Assembly (NCBI GenBank): GCA_030390025.1
Contig: CM059431.1
Coordinates: 121,894,001 to 121,958,000, forward strand
Source: Squalus acanthias
Taxonomy: Eukaryota
DNA length: 64,000 nucleotides
Reading direction: 5' to 3'
The notes below the pieces were generated by a model. The model ran no database searches, was not told the origin of the DNA, and worked only from the letters and a program-made list of their open reading frames with translations. The first letter of the stretch is position 1, and the number at the start of each line of letters is the position of its first letter. A program made the translations under genes and the position numbers. Shown one piece after another: positions 1 to 13,492 of this stretch.

Positions 1-21
1 AATGTGCACAAACAGGAACAG
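1..21 (+). other. Possible 3' end of a host-gene exon (CAG|GTAAAT donor at 21/22)
   Basis: Donor-like CAG|GTAAAT followed by AT-rich unique sequence; too short to identify a product. Confidence 0.25.
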
Positions 22-3019
22 GTAAATTTTGATACTTACTTCTAAAGCTGGAAAAAATGACTTGTTGTGTGTCTTATAAAATGTTTAAAAATCTAGCATA
101 AATACAAAGCAATCTAAATGAGGCATATCTTGAACATTCGAGAAGAAATAAGAAAATGTCCAATTCATAGCACTTTAGATTTCAGCACTGTTTGTCGTCT
201 CAGCACTGTTATTAGGGTGAGTGGGATTAATGAAAAACCTTTCTGTATGTTTTTACCTGAATTATTTAAAGTATCAATATTGTAACTGTAAAGTTGTGAG
301 GAAATGTTTTTTCTTTCTGTTGATAAGCTTATGACATGATGGTACATCCCAAAATTCTGCTTTCTAAAACTCATCAACTGGCTCGATGGTGACACTGCTA
401 TGACATGCAATTCAGCTCAGTGCTTTTCCTCCCCTTGTCAGTGATTCCCTTCCTTAAATAGATACATTGCAGTATAATCACTGATGAAAAATAATGATTT
501 GATTAATATTTCAGTATTATACAGCCCTTTGCTTAGTGATGCTCAGAATAGCAGGTTGGTAGTGGCAGGCGAACTTCTATTTTAAGTGAGAACTTTACAT
601 TATTTGGATGTGCCAGTTGCTGGTGATGTTTACTCGGCAAATAAGACATACAACAGATATTTTTATAGCACGAATTATGAGGAATAACATATATTAGGCA
701 TAACTTGTCTTTTGTTCATTTTAGTGGAAACATCCCACTATAGTCCTGCAAAGATTAGCTTGTAGTAAAAAAAAATCATACACAGTCCACTAAGAGCAGT
801 ATTGCACAACAATTGTCTGTGATGCTGTTATTCAAAGAACAATTCAAGGAAAAAAATGAAAGAAAATCTCAACGGCAGAAGGCCTTGGGATATTTTAATT
901 AATCTTCTCTGCTGCTATACAGTTACTGGTTGTGATACAGCACAGAAAAAGATGCAAATTTAATTTGAACTGATAGGAATTCTAAATTAATTTCTGATTT
1001 AAGTTTTACTTTTTATTAAATGGATAAATAAGGTCAGTTCATTTGTTATGATGCAAGATATTTTGGTTATGTGTTGAAGGGAAATGAGCCAGCTGCACTT
1101 GCACAAGTAGTAGAGACAGCGAGGGGAGCTATAATCCTAGGAATGGCTGCTTTTGTGCATCCAGCTATGTTACATTCAGTTATAAAACTCCACGTTAACA
1201 TGAAATTATAAATGACATGCCAAATGATACAGAATAAAAATAGGGTAGATGCACAAAACAATTTACCAAAAACTGTTTACTTGCGAGTCAAAATAGTTCT
1301 AGCAATCACATTTGCTTAAAATGCCTTTTTCTTAATCTACTAGTGTGAAAATTAATGTTTTAGTGCTAGTATTGTGCTTACCATTTGTACCTGTTGGCAG
1401 AAGCATTTGAGATATTTATTTCTGAAATAAACTAAAATTTGTCAGTAAAACCATTTGGTATTAAAAAGTAGCTGTAGCTCACTAGACCATAAACTATACA
1501 TTATTACAAATGAAATTAATATTTTGAAGTCATTTTTCTCTTATAACAAAAGAGGTTTACAAGATTATCAGATAAAGATTATTATTTGTATCTTGATGTA
1601 CACCAATGAACAAATTGCTTTCATCTTAAATCTCCCAGGTAGTGTTTAACTGGCTACCTCAGGGATAATTGGTTGTCATTGATTGCCACAGGATATGACT
1701 GCCTGCTTTTCTGCTGCACTGAATTAAAATTTCACAGGCGTATTTAATCACTGTTAATATCTTTAAGCAGTAATGAATATTTGGGTGAACAACCATGCCA
1801 CATTAGAAAATCTGATTATTGAATGATGAGACTAAAGGTTGTGTCTGTCAATCTTTAGCCCATTCTTAATGTCGTAAGACAGTTTTACACATGAATTCTA
1901 CTATTGATGTTTAATCACACTTTAAAGATTTTAGGCCTTCGTTTCCCCTTTGGCAATCACTGGCGGTGCATATGCAGAAGGAATTTGTAATGTGGGCAAG
2001 TGCTGATGTGCGGTTCCACACAGATGTTTAGTGCTGCAGCCATTTCTGCTCATGTACAATTGTCCGTTGCTGTTAGTGCCTAATAAATGTATTAATACCG
2101 ACGTTATGCAGCAACACTGCGGGCCACATGTAAGTGCAATCTCATATAAAAGTATAGAGGATAATAAAGCCTTATAGATCCATATTAAGTCGAGACAACA
2201 CATAAAGGTGAAGTAACACTGACCTTCAGAGTAAATTGCAGAATGTTTTTATTTTCTTTTGATGTGATGCAGAGGCAGGACAAAGAAAGAGGAGAAGATA
2301 TTTTCTATGTGGGTGTATTGGGCTCTATTATGTGCTCATAGCCTGGCAAACAGCCACCATTTCCAGAAAATTAATTGGTAAATACACTTGAGTTATGATT
2401 TAGAAACAAATTTGGCAGTGAGTATCACATGTCCCAATTAGTCATTTCCAAGCACCTTGACACAAGTGTCCAGAGATGGCAATTAGGTGAATAAGTTTGC
2501 CTTCAAGTGTATTATGTTTCAACATGACCTGGTAAAACTATGACAAATGAATGACAAATCTGAAGTGACCATCGCAGAAGGAGAGTAGTCCTCTACCGGC
2601 ACTGATAGTTAGCTGGCTGAAACTTCAGCCTTTCAGCTAACTGATTAGACGCTGTGAGAGATCATCTACCTTGTTGCTTATTTATTCCATATCATCCTAT
2701 TGGATTCTGTGCCATTTTATTAAATTTGTTGTCTATTTTTCAAACAAATTACTGAAGTCAGTTGGAAACCTACCAGGTTCAGGACTCATGTTTCCTCTCA
2801 TCGTGCTCTTACATACTTGGACTACCTCCATCAACCTTGGGAAAGCACTTGACACAAGTCATTTTATTCTGAGCAGAATAAGAAGTAAGGATGTAAGGGT
2901 CAACTGACGTGCAGACCGAACATTCACCAAGAATGGTGGAAACAGCCTTGGAAAGAAAAACAAAACGGTCATTTGGGTTATCCAGAAACCTTGAGAAAAC
3001 ACTTGATAGAGAAATTACA

Positions 3020-3620
3020 GCACAGAAGCCGACCATTCAGCCTGTTGTGCTTTTGCCAATGTTGGCTCTTCAACTGGAGCTATCTGCTCTAATCCCATTT
3101 CCATGACCTGTCCCTGCAAGCTTTTATATTTGTCCTTATCAAATACTTATTCCATTCCTTTTTAAATGATGTTATACTCTGTGCCCCAATACCCACTTGT
3201 GGCAAACCAATCCATGTTCTAATAATTATCCATGTAACACATGCTTTCTAACTTCTGCCTTCATTTTTCTAGTGATACTTTTTAGTCAATACTCCCTTGT
3301 TACAAATTTACCAACCAGTGGAAACAATCTTTCACTATTTACCCTCTTAAAACCTTTCATTATTTGGAAAAGCTCTATTAAATCCCCCTTAACCCGCTCT
3401 GTTCCAGGGAAAAAGCCCCATTTTTTAAATTCTTTCTTCACAATTATTACCTCTAATTTCTGGTATCCCCTTAGTGAATCTTTGCTGTACCCTTCCAAGA
3501 CTTTAATATTTTTCCTATAATGGGATGCTCAGAATGGCACAAAAAAACTCCAACTGCTGCCTAACCAATGTCTTGTACAAATTAACCATAACATCCTTAC
3601 TTTGTATTCAATGCCTCTGT
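3020..3620 (-). mobile_element. Decayed CR1 LINE 3' fragment
   Basis: ORF 3286-3498 has RVKGDLIELFQIMKGF..VNSERLFPLVG, the CR1 ORF2 C-terminal motif; boundaries approximate. Confidence 0.8.
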
Positions 3621-4289
3621 CCTGTTTGCCTTCATTTTAGTTCTTACCACACCTCAGCTGTTTATCAATTTCAAGCAAAACCAAAAAAGAAAGTTTGTTC
3701 AGAACAGAACAATCGGAATTACATGGCAAATTAACGCACTAAACAATAACACAAAACTAAGAACCAGTCATAAAAACAAATTACTGCCCAAGCTCACAAA
3801 GAAAAGAGGAATAGGCAGTACTGTTACTAGTTTTGGGTCTGCATTAGATATTCTGTCAAGTGCAGTGATATTGGTCACTTCACGCACTGCCCAATATATA
3901 ATGATGCGATAGTGTAACTTTGGGTGTAACAATAGTACACTCATGTCCTGAACTGGATATTGTGTCATTTGCTTGTGTTCTCACATGCACTTCCCAAATC
4001 TTTCCTAAAGGCGGACTGAAATATTTTAGTGAGACAAGACCAAATATGAGTTGTTACGCTGCTTTCTTTTACAGACAGCTAGAAATTCGGTATAGCCAAG
4101 GAATGGGTGGTGTTTAGACTAAAAATGGTGAACTAGCGCCAGGTGAAAATCATCTCGACTGCATGCAAAATTTGTCCTCACTCCTCATTAAAATGATTGG
4201 AGCCATAAATCTAGTCTAAGAACCCAAGTTCATTGGCGTTACTCTGAAAAGTTGGACCAATATCGGGTGTAGTCTAAACGCAAGTAATG

Positions 4290-5664
4290 ATTGCCACAGG
4301 CTTTTTTCACTGCTTAAAGGGGAGGACCATTGATGCTGCAGCACCTCATTCTCAGCATTGTTGGGTGTACAGCCTCCTCAACAACCATAAGAAGAAGGAC
4401 AAAGAGAAGGAGCACTTGTTTACAAATGCTGATGGCAGACCGCCACCCCAGGGAGAGAGCCCGGGGGTTTTCCGAGGAAGCTTTGGAGCCATTGGTTTTA
4501 GCAGTGGAGAGAAGGCAGGCGGAGGGATGTGGTACACCACGTCATGGGCAGCACTGTGGTCCTCAGGTTCCACACCCAATGAAGGAAGCAGTTTAATGAG
4601 CTCACATGGGTGGTCAGGGTGAGTGAAGGCTTCAACAAATGCTACATACCACCATCTGTATACTTCAAACACTGCTCAATATACCACACCCCCAGCACTC
4701 ACCCACCAACAATCTCTACCTAGCAACACTCACACCCACATCTCACACCTTGCACACAATGACAGCTATTCAACTATGGCTGGCACAAGGGTCATTAGTT
4801 ATTAGAATTCATGTGATATGTGTGATATGTTTATAGATAAATTTATTAATGGTGTTTTGAATATTTTGTGGTCACTCTCATTTCACCTTTGCGCCCAGGA
4901 GGACGCTGTGATACGCCATGAGACAGGGATTGTATGATGGGAATGTGGTCAGCTATGGGGATCTGGGGTTTCATTCATGTGAATCGGAGTCTGATGAGCC
5001 AGTCACGGACAGCTCATCCAGAAGGCTGATTGTCTCACTGCCTCCGCCCTCCCTCCTGTTCCTCCTCCTCCTCGTCCTCCTCCTCCTTGTCCTCCTCCTC
5101 CTCCTCCTCCTCCTCATCCTTTTCCTCATTGTCCTCCTGAGGTAATGCCACAATCCCGCAGCCCCCATAACTGTGAGAAAGTGTCGTGAGCACAGCCTTT
5201 AACAAATAATGAGTGATTTCTGCACTTGAATGAACACTCCGCCACCAATAAAATCTTGAAATAACTAAAGAGAGCTATTTCAGTTGCAGGAAGTAGCAAA
5301 CAGGCATTGAAACATGCAAAACCCTGTCAGGTACAGCTGATTGGGGATGGTGCCTTTAAATATCACTGCTGCAGCCTGCTTTCTGCTTGTAGATGCCAGC
5401 TCTCCCTGTAGTTGTATTGCGCTGCTAAGTGGCTAAATCCAATGTTGGACATCGGGCGTCCCGTGAGTGTTGCACACTCACTGACGTCATGATCTCCATG
5501 ATGGCGAGCTCCCTGCTGCTAGGGTTTACCGGCAGCACTACCGACACCACCAATATGGCGTGCGGCGCTGGAACCGGCATCAACTGTCGTTACAGCTGGC
5601 AGCAGCATTTCAGCGCCATCTCCTGCCGCTAACGTGTGGTACAAGCCACACAAATTTTTCCCCC
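4290..5664. mobile_element. Internally deleted Harbinger/PIF relic (Myb/SANT fragment on +, transposase N-terminus on -)
   Basis: RERARGFSEEALEPLVLAVERR on + resembles the Myb/SANT exon of other Harbingers here; the - strand MGAAG..RRRRR resembles the transposase start at 60870-61064; end aaatttttccccc matches the TIR type at 15391-15403. Confidence 0.6.
5050..5140 (+). repeat. (CCT)n-rich microsatellite inside the Harbinger relic
   Basis: Seen directly. Confidence 0.9.
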
Positions 5665-5936
5665 ATCGTGTATGAGATGTAAACAAATCTCACCTTGATT
5701 CAACTAACTACAGAATCCTCCTTGAGAACAAAAATAAAATGCCACACTGTCCCTATTAACGGACTCCCTTAATTTTTCCTGGTCAGCCTCTCTGAACTTG
5801 AGCTGGATAGGTTTCACTTCACAAGTCTAGTCTTCTTTCTCAGACTCCCCATTTGTCCCTTTGCTCTGTGTACCCAGCCAATGGGAGGGTTGACCCTCAT
5901 AAACCTTACCCGATCAATAATTCTCCAAAAGGCTTG

Positions 5937-7554
5937 TGTAAGGGGTTACGGTTCAGGGTGCTTGTGCGGGGTTAGGCCTTGTTGCCTGTTCTGGTCTCCA
6001 GCCAGCCTGGTAGCACTAGACACCTGTGAGTGGTTCGACCCACTCGCCCTTACGGTTCTGACACTGGACTTAGGTGCGAGAGCAATATGCAGAGAAAACT
6101 CAGGTAGACCCGGTTGAATAGTACGAAATGGAAAATCTTTATTGCATACTGTTCAAGATTACGAAATACATGTCATAAGCACAGATTAATGACAGTACAA
6201 GCTTACATACATTTAGGAAACTAGGTTTAGGGAAACGAGGAGAGCACGACACATCGTAAAAGGGGACACACATTATAATTATCCTTAAAACATAAACCCT
6301 CCCCTATCAATACCTGTCCTAATCTAGATCTGTAGAATCGAGACTCATGCTCACCACTCGTGATAACTCGGAGAATTCCGAAACGCTGCTCGGATGTTTT
6401 CACCACAGCATCTGACTATTCACGTGTTGATCAGGGGTCCCTGTACCCCACTTGTTTACTCGCTTTGCTCCGGCTAGCAGGCTGGACCGTCTGCTGTCAT
6501 GAAGATCTGTGTTGACCTCGGAACTCTGATAAAACTCAAAGAAGAGTCTTTCTGTGCTCGACACCAGTTAGCGGTAAAATTCAAAGAAGAGTCTTTCTGG
6601 ACCGACACCAGTTGTCGGTAGAACTCGAAGAAAAATCTTCCAGGGCCAGTTGTGGAGCAGCAGATAGAATTCGAAGAAGTGGTTAATCGATTTTCGGGCG
6701 CGGTCGGGGTTTACTGACCACAGCGGCACGTGTAGTCGTCTTCTTCTCTTCTCATCTCATCTCATCTCATCTCCTCTCGGGCCTTCGGTTCCAACACCGT
6801 TTACCGACTTCTCGGGATGGTGCACCCGCTTACAGGCCTTCGCAGACCAGCTCTCCACAGATCTTCACGGCAATCAACGGATCAGAGAAGCGAGTCAAAG
6901 GAATAAGAGAAAGATGGATGTTTGGACACTACAGTTATAGTACTGTAATTCCTTATCTCCCGCCCAATCTTAATGTCCATCTTTTGTCATGTTTTGGCGC
7001 TCAAACTTCTTGTATGGGGTGGTACTTGTCGTTAATGGGTTTCGGTGATACTTGTAACTGTCTGAGTACCCGTTAATATTTCTCCCCTTGTGGAACCGGC
7101 TGGGAGTCTCCCTGGAGGGGTTTTGGGGGCCTCCGAATTCTTGCTGTGAGTATTCGCGAACGGCTCTCTCATCGTAGAGCCGTGGGGAATTTGCGTATCA
7201 ATGTCTTTTGGATGGGCCCTTAATTGCCCAGTACAATAGCTCTCATTTGCGCATGGAAAACCCAATTCCAGCACTTATATTCCTTGCTTGAGTGTTAAAA
7301 TGCAAAACAATCTCGTCTTGTCTTATCTCAATATGCTGGGTCCTGTCCGATCTTGCTGAAATGTTTATTGAAACGCCATCTTGTCTGCCTGCTGAAAATC
7401 TAGAACCTTCTGCCACGAGGCGTGGCGGCCATTTTACAGGCTGCTTGTGTCCGTTTTGAAACCTGACAGCATTTTGCTGAAATAAAGCTGTGTTTACGAA
7501 ACTGTATGTCTCTTTCTCATTATTTTTAAATCGCGATAATTTGCGAATTCTACA
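5937..7554 (-). mobile_element. Solo LTR copy 1 (1618 bp), ERV/Gypsy-type
   Basis: TG...CA termini (tgtaag...ttctaca), 4-bp TSD CTTG (5933-5936 and 7555-7558), AATAAA on - at 6138-6143, colinear with 32903-34594 and 35294-36948. Confidence 0.9.
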
Positions 7555-9029
7555 CTTGTCAATAAAATTGGGTTGCAGTTTTAACAAAAACATCTCCTAC
7601 AATACTAAAAAATGAATAAGGGCCACCCTGGATTAATAAGACTGGGATTAAATCATTCACCCCAATTGTATCAGTTAGAAATAGACTGCGTGCTGTAACA
7701 TTCCAGAAACTGACTCAAGCAGCTTTAATACACATCATCAGTGTCTGCAGCCTGTAATGTATTAAAAAACTGTTCAATTTTGTTTTGCTTTAAAAACACA
7801 ACACTTAAACATAGCCCATTCCCAAATCCTTTCTGTGATGAAAAATAATGGTCAATAACCGTGAAACAAGACAAACACCCACAGTAAAATAAACATTACT
7901 CAAGATGACAACAGGCAGATCCTCACAACCAGAAGGGAAAAAAACACAACCCTGCAACCCAAGGAAGGTGGAGAAGTACACAGTCAATATCCAATGACCA
8001 CTGCTGGAAAGTGTGCATGCATGAATGTTGGGTGAGTATGAGATCAGATTCGGCTAAAACACACTACACAATCGGATGGCTTGCTGTCACTCATCGTGAA
8101 GGCTCACACTTGAAGGATATCCACTTAGCGAGAAATGGTAGGGCTGTTTGGAATTGTACCTTAGCACTCTTAGGAGAGGATTGAAAAGGGGGAAAATGGG
8201 GTGGGGGGGGGTGGTGGAGAGCAAGAAAATAGGTAAATTTCTGGCTTCATGCTCTCGATAAGGAGCCATATCAGCCATAAATGTATGAAGGAATTTTGGG
8301 CACTTGTGGTGCTTTTTTTTCCATCATTAATTTAAACTGTAAGAAGATTTCCAGTACATACTTCTGGCTGACAAGGCCAGAAGCACAAAGTCAGAAAATC
8401 ACCCCTTATATAACTACTGAGAAAACTGCAGCCATTAACATCCTCTGGAAGAAGATGAGTGACTAATGTTTGTGGGTGGAGAGAAAGGAAGGCAAGACTA
8501 GGAGAAGAAAAGAAAATATAGAGGAGCCTATTTCTTTTCATATGTGCTTCTTTGGTGTATTTTATTTGGTAGGAAAAATCATCCTTTTTCATTTAACATT
8601 TTCTACAACTGTAAGTTTGACTTCCTTATCATTGGAACAATTTTATTCTGGGCCCCTTCTTGCATATCCTACTTTTGAAAGCTCTTTTCCCTACGCACAT
8701 ATGTGCATATAACTGTTTGCATTGATATTGCATAAGCCCATTAATTACCATATCATTAATATCATTATACTACAATTTACATCAAGATTCAGACTGCTGT
8801 TTAGAAAATTGCACAGCACAATCTGTCCATGGGTGCACTGAAATATAGAATCTTTGATTATTTGCAAAACATCTGCAGTCATACGTGACTTTCCCCTCAG
8901 ATACTGTTTCTGCAATATGTGGGAAATTAAGTCTTTAGTTCCATCTATACTATGCTATGCATGTGGCAAGACACAGAGTCACAGATAGTTTAGGTATTTA
9001 TGCAAATAATATATTTTTGGTAGGTTGTG

Positions 9030-10290
9030 ATAGAATAGAAGCTCTGACCACAATCTTTCAATCCTTCTTGGATATGGGAGTGGTGCCAGAGGACTGGAGG
9101 ATTGTAAAAGTTACACCCCTGTTCAAAAAAGGGGAGAGGGATAAACCTGGTAACTACAGGCCAATCTGTCTAACGTCAGTGGTGGGAAAACTACTAGAGA
9201 CCATTGTCAAAGACAAAATTAATTTGTACTTGGAGAAGCATGGGTTAATAAGGGACAGCCAGCATGGATTTTGTTAAAGGCAAATCGTGTCTGACGAACC
9301 TGATTAAGTTTTTTGATGAAGTAACAGAGAGGGTCGATGAAGGTAGTGCAGTATATATAAGGACTTTCAAAAGACATTTGATAATGTACTACATAACAGA
9401 TTTATTTAGAAAATAGAAGCTTGTGGTATTAAAGGGATGCTGGTAATTTGGGTACATAATTGGCTAAGGGATAGGAGGCAGAGAGTAGTGGTGAATGAAT
9501 CGCTTACTGACTGAAGAGAAGTATGCAGTAGGGTTCACCAGGGGTCGGTATTAGGACTATTACTTCTCTTGTTATATATAAATGACCTGGACTTAGATAT
9601 AGGAAGTACAATTTCAAAGTTTGCGGATGATACAAAACTGGGCAATGTCGTAAATAGTGAGCAGGATAGTAGCAGACTTCAGGAGGACATAGACAGACTG
9701 GTGAAATGGGCAGACACATGGCAGATGCAATTTAATGTGGATAAGTGTGAAGTGATGCACTTTGGGAGAAACAATATGAAAAGGCAGTATAATCTAAATG
9801 GTACTATTTTGAGTGAGGGTGGATTGCAAGAGCAGAGGGGCCTGGCGGTGCATATTCACAAATCTGTGAAGGTGGCAGGGCAAGTTGATAAGGCGGTTAA
9901 GAAAGTGTATGGAATATGTGAGTTTGTAAATAAAGACATTGAATGCAAAAACAAAGAAGTCGTGCTAAACTTTGACAAATCTCTGGTTAGGCCCGATTAG
10001 AATTGTTTTACAATTCTGGCCACCACACTTTAGGAAGGATGGCAAGACATTGGGGAAGGTACAGCAAAGGTTTATCAGGATGATACCAGGACTGAGGGAG
10101 TTCAGTTCTGTGGAGAGATTGGAGAAGTTGGGATTGTTCTCCTTGGAGCAGTGAAGGTTAAGGAGAGATTTAATAGAGGTATTCAAAATTATGAGGGGAT
10201 TTTGATAGAGCAAATAGGGAGAAACTGTTTCCTCTGGCAAGTGAGGCGGCAACCAGAGGTCATAGATTTAAAATAATTGGCGAAAGAACT
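9030..10290 (+). mobile_element. CR1 LINE RT fragment (pseudogenised)
   Basis: VPEDWRIVKVTPLFKKG..NYRPICLTS, QHGF, SKFADDTKLG motifs in ORFs 8957, 9569 and 9972. Confidence 0.92.
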
Positions 10291-10294
10291 CGAC

Positions 10295-10548
10295 GGTGCA
10301 GGAATTATCCTCTCACACCTCCCACATTGGGTGTTAGAGTAGGGTTCGTTGACCTGAATCCACCTTAACAGAACCACATGGGTACACTATCTCTCATAGA
10401 GATTATCTTTATTTAACCACTGATACACGGATTAAATAAGAAACACAACTAGACCTGTCCTCGAGTCATCAAGTGCCCCAGTTGGCCAGAGCGATGATCA
10501 CCCAAAGTCTGTTGAATCTTTAAACTTCTTTTTCCGTTAAAACAGGAC
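10295..10548 (-). mobile_element. Possible LTR fragment between two CR1 pieces
   Basis: Non-CR1 segment with AATAAA on - (ctttattt ~10408) and U5-like composition; no TSD found. Confidence 0.3.
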
Positions 10549-12122
10549 CAAAAACTGATAAAAAGGGAAAAAATAGAATATGAGAGAAAACTAGCAAGAA
10601 ATATAAAAGCAGATTGTAAGAGCTTCTACAAGTATATAAAAAGGAAGAGAGTAGCAAAAGTAAACGTTGGTCCCTTAGAGGCTGAGATAGGAAAAATTAT
10701 TATGGGGAATAAGGAAATGGCAGAAATGTTAAACACATATTTTGTATGTGTCTTCACAGTAGAAGACACAAAAAGCATACCAAAAATGGTGGGGAACCAA
10801 GGGTCTAATGAGGGTGAGGAACTTAACATAATAAAATAAGTAGAGAAAAAGTACTGGAGAAACTAATGGGACTAAAAGCCAACAAATCCCCTGGACCTGA
10901 CAGCCTACATCCTGGGGTTCTAAAAGAGGTGGCTGAAGAGATAGTGGATGCGTTAGTTTTGATCTTCCAAAATTCCCTAGATTCTAGAACGGTTCCAGCG
11001 GATTGGAAGGTCGCAAATGTAACACCGCTATTCAAGGAAGGAGGGAGAGAGAAAACAGGGAACTACAGGCCAGTTAGCCTGACATCAGTCGTCGGGAAAA
11101 TGCTGGAATCCATTGTTAAGGAAGTGGTATCATGGCACTTAGAAAATCATAGCATGATTAGGCAGAGTCAACATGGTTTTATGATAGGGAAATCATGTTT
11201 GACAAATTTATTAGAGTTTTTTGAGGATGTAAATAGTAGGGTAGATAAAGGGTAACCAGTGGATGTAGTATATTTGGATTTCCAAAAGGCATTCAATAAG
11301 GTGCCACATAAAAGGTTATTACACAAGATTAGGGCTCATGGGGTTAGGATTAATATGGGATTAGTATGGATAGAGGATTGGTTAATGGACAGAAAACAGA
11401 GAGTAGGGATAAATGGATCTTTTTCAGGTTGGCAGGCTGTAACTAGTGGGGTGCTGCAAGGATCAGTGTTGGGGCCTCAGCTATTTACAATCTATATTAA
11501 TGACTTAGAGGAAGGGACTGAGTGTAATGTATCCAAGTTTGCTGACGATACAAAGCCATGTGGGACAGTAAGCTGTGAGGAGAACACTAAGGATGTGAAT
11601 TTAATAGAGCTCAGAGGGTGGGTTTGGAGGCGGGTTGATAGCAAAAATCTAAAAGATTGACGATGGGTTGCGAACCCGCCGCCATCCTGCCTCCACGCTC
11701 CTTTGGCAAGTGCTGGGTCAGCGATTCCTGATCTGGCCTGACACCAAACGGCGGGAGAGGCACTAAGGCAGGTAACAGCTTGTTAACTGCCTTGATAATC
11801 TTATTTTAACTGGCTGTTGCGATTTTGCAGATTTTTCTGCGTGTTGCCCATCGTCCAACAAACATGCCAGCTGCATTGTGCCGGGTTTAGCAAGGACCTG
11901 AATTGTTGGCAGCTGCCCAAACAGCTTAAAAGCGGTCCTGCAACATCTCTGAGTTTCAGATGCCACAACTTTGAGGTTTTGGGACACATTTTGCAGCTCT
12001 ACTGATCTTGTGAGTGTTCAAGCTGAGATCCATCTGCAGTGTGACCTCCTTGGAATACCCTCTGGCCACTTTGTCTGAGTGCAAACAACCTCCATTCCTC
12101 GACTGAGATATATACCAGTGGT

Positions 12123-13347
12123 ATGGGAACCATTTATATCCTCTCATCCTGGTCATCAGGTTCGGAGGAAGAGCAGCCGCGGCAGCAGCACAACCGGGCA
12201 CAACAGCAGCACCAACACCAGGAGCGCCAACCTTCTCCTCAGCCACCTGATGATGCACAGGGCAGAGGGTGTCAACGCAGGGCTGCACCTCACCGCAGGA
12301 GATACCCCCAACACAGGGTTTACAGGCAGAGGATGAGCTTCCTCAACATGAGTGAGCAGCAGTGCCAAAGGAAGCTGAGACTTACGCGAGAGGTCGTCGC
12401 TGACATCTGCACAATGCTGCACCAATACCTGGAGCCCAGAGGAGCGGGTGGACACGCCTTACCAGTGGCTGTCAAAGTCACCACCGCATTAAACTTGTTT
12501 GCTTCGGGGTCCTTCCAGGGATCATCTGCAGACATCAGCGGCATCTCCCAGTCGGCCACACACACCTGCATCACGCAGGTTACCAATGCCCTCTTTGCAA
12601 AGTCGCACAATTACATCCACTTCTCCACGGATGAAGCAAGTGTGACCGCGCGTGCGGTTGGCTTTGTAAATATGGCAGGCTTCCCAAGGGTGCAGGGCAT
12701 CGTAGACTGCACACATGTGACCATCAGGGCACCCCATCACAACCCAGCTGTATTTGTCAACCACAACGGCTTCCACTCCATTAACGTCCACTGGTGTGTA
12801 ACCACAGGAAGAACATTATGCATGTTTGCGCAAAGTAAACTGGCAGTTGCCATGACTCCTTCATCCTGCGGCAGTCTACTGTGCCTCAGCTCTTCAATCC
12901 GCCAACCCAACTTTCCGGATGGCTACTTGGTGACAAGGGCTATCCCCTGAAAAAGTGGCTCATGACACCGATGAGAAGACTATCAAATGAAGCTGAGGAG
13001 CGGTACAATGTGAGCCACATTTCGACCAGAAGCATCATAGAGCAAACCATCAGCTTGCTCAAAATGCGATTCCGATGCCTCGACAGATCTGGTGGAACCC
13101 TGCAGTATGCACAAGCCAGGGCGTCCAGAATCATCGTAGTCTACTGTGCCCTGCACAACATTACACAACAGCGTGGCTCAGCGCACAGCCTCCTCGGAAG
13201 AAGAGGAGGAGGAGGAGGAGGAGGAGGAGGAGGAGGAGGAGGACGAGGAGCCACGCCTTGCGGGGCCGGATATGGCCATTGCCAGCTGCACGCGACCACA
13301 TTGCTGGCCGTCAGGCAAGGGATGCACTCATCCATGCCAGATTCTGA
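12123..13347 (+). pseudogene. Harbinger (HARBI1-like, DDE_Tnp_4) transposase, frameshifted
   Basis: [59 protein letters not shown], acidic (GAG)n tail; frameshifts near 12790 and 13180 and an in-frame stop. Confidence 0.9.
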
Positions 13348-13492
13348 GCCCTCACTGTGCAACTTCCATTTCTCAGCACACATAGGCCAAAACTTCAAAT
13401 CTTTGCCATCACTTTTGTTTAATGCAATCACAATCCGGATGACAAACGGTACTTTTTCACACAATAAAACACCCAAGCAGCTACCCTTGTGA

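Noticed and set aside
2809..2960. Cys-containing minus-strand exon candidate
   Set aside because: The acceptor is plausible but the donor is ambiguous and no homology is recognisable
12123..13347. Domesticated HARBI1 host gene
   Set aside because: Frameshifts, TIRs, a TSD and insertion inside a CR1 show it is a transposon copy
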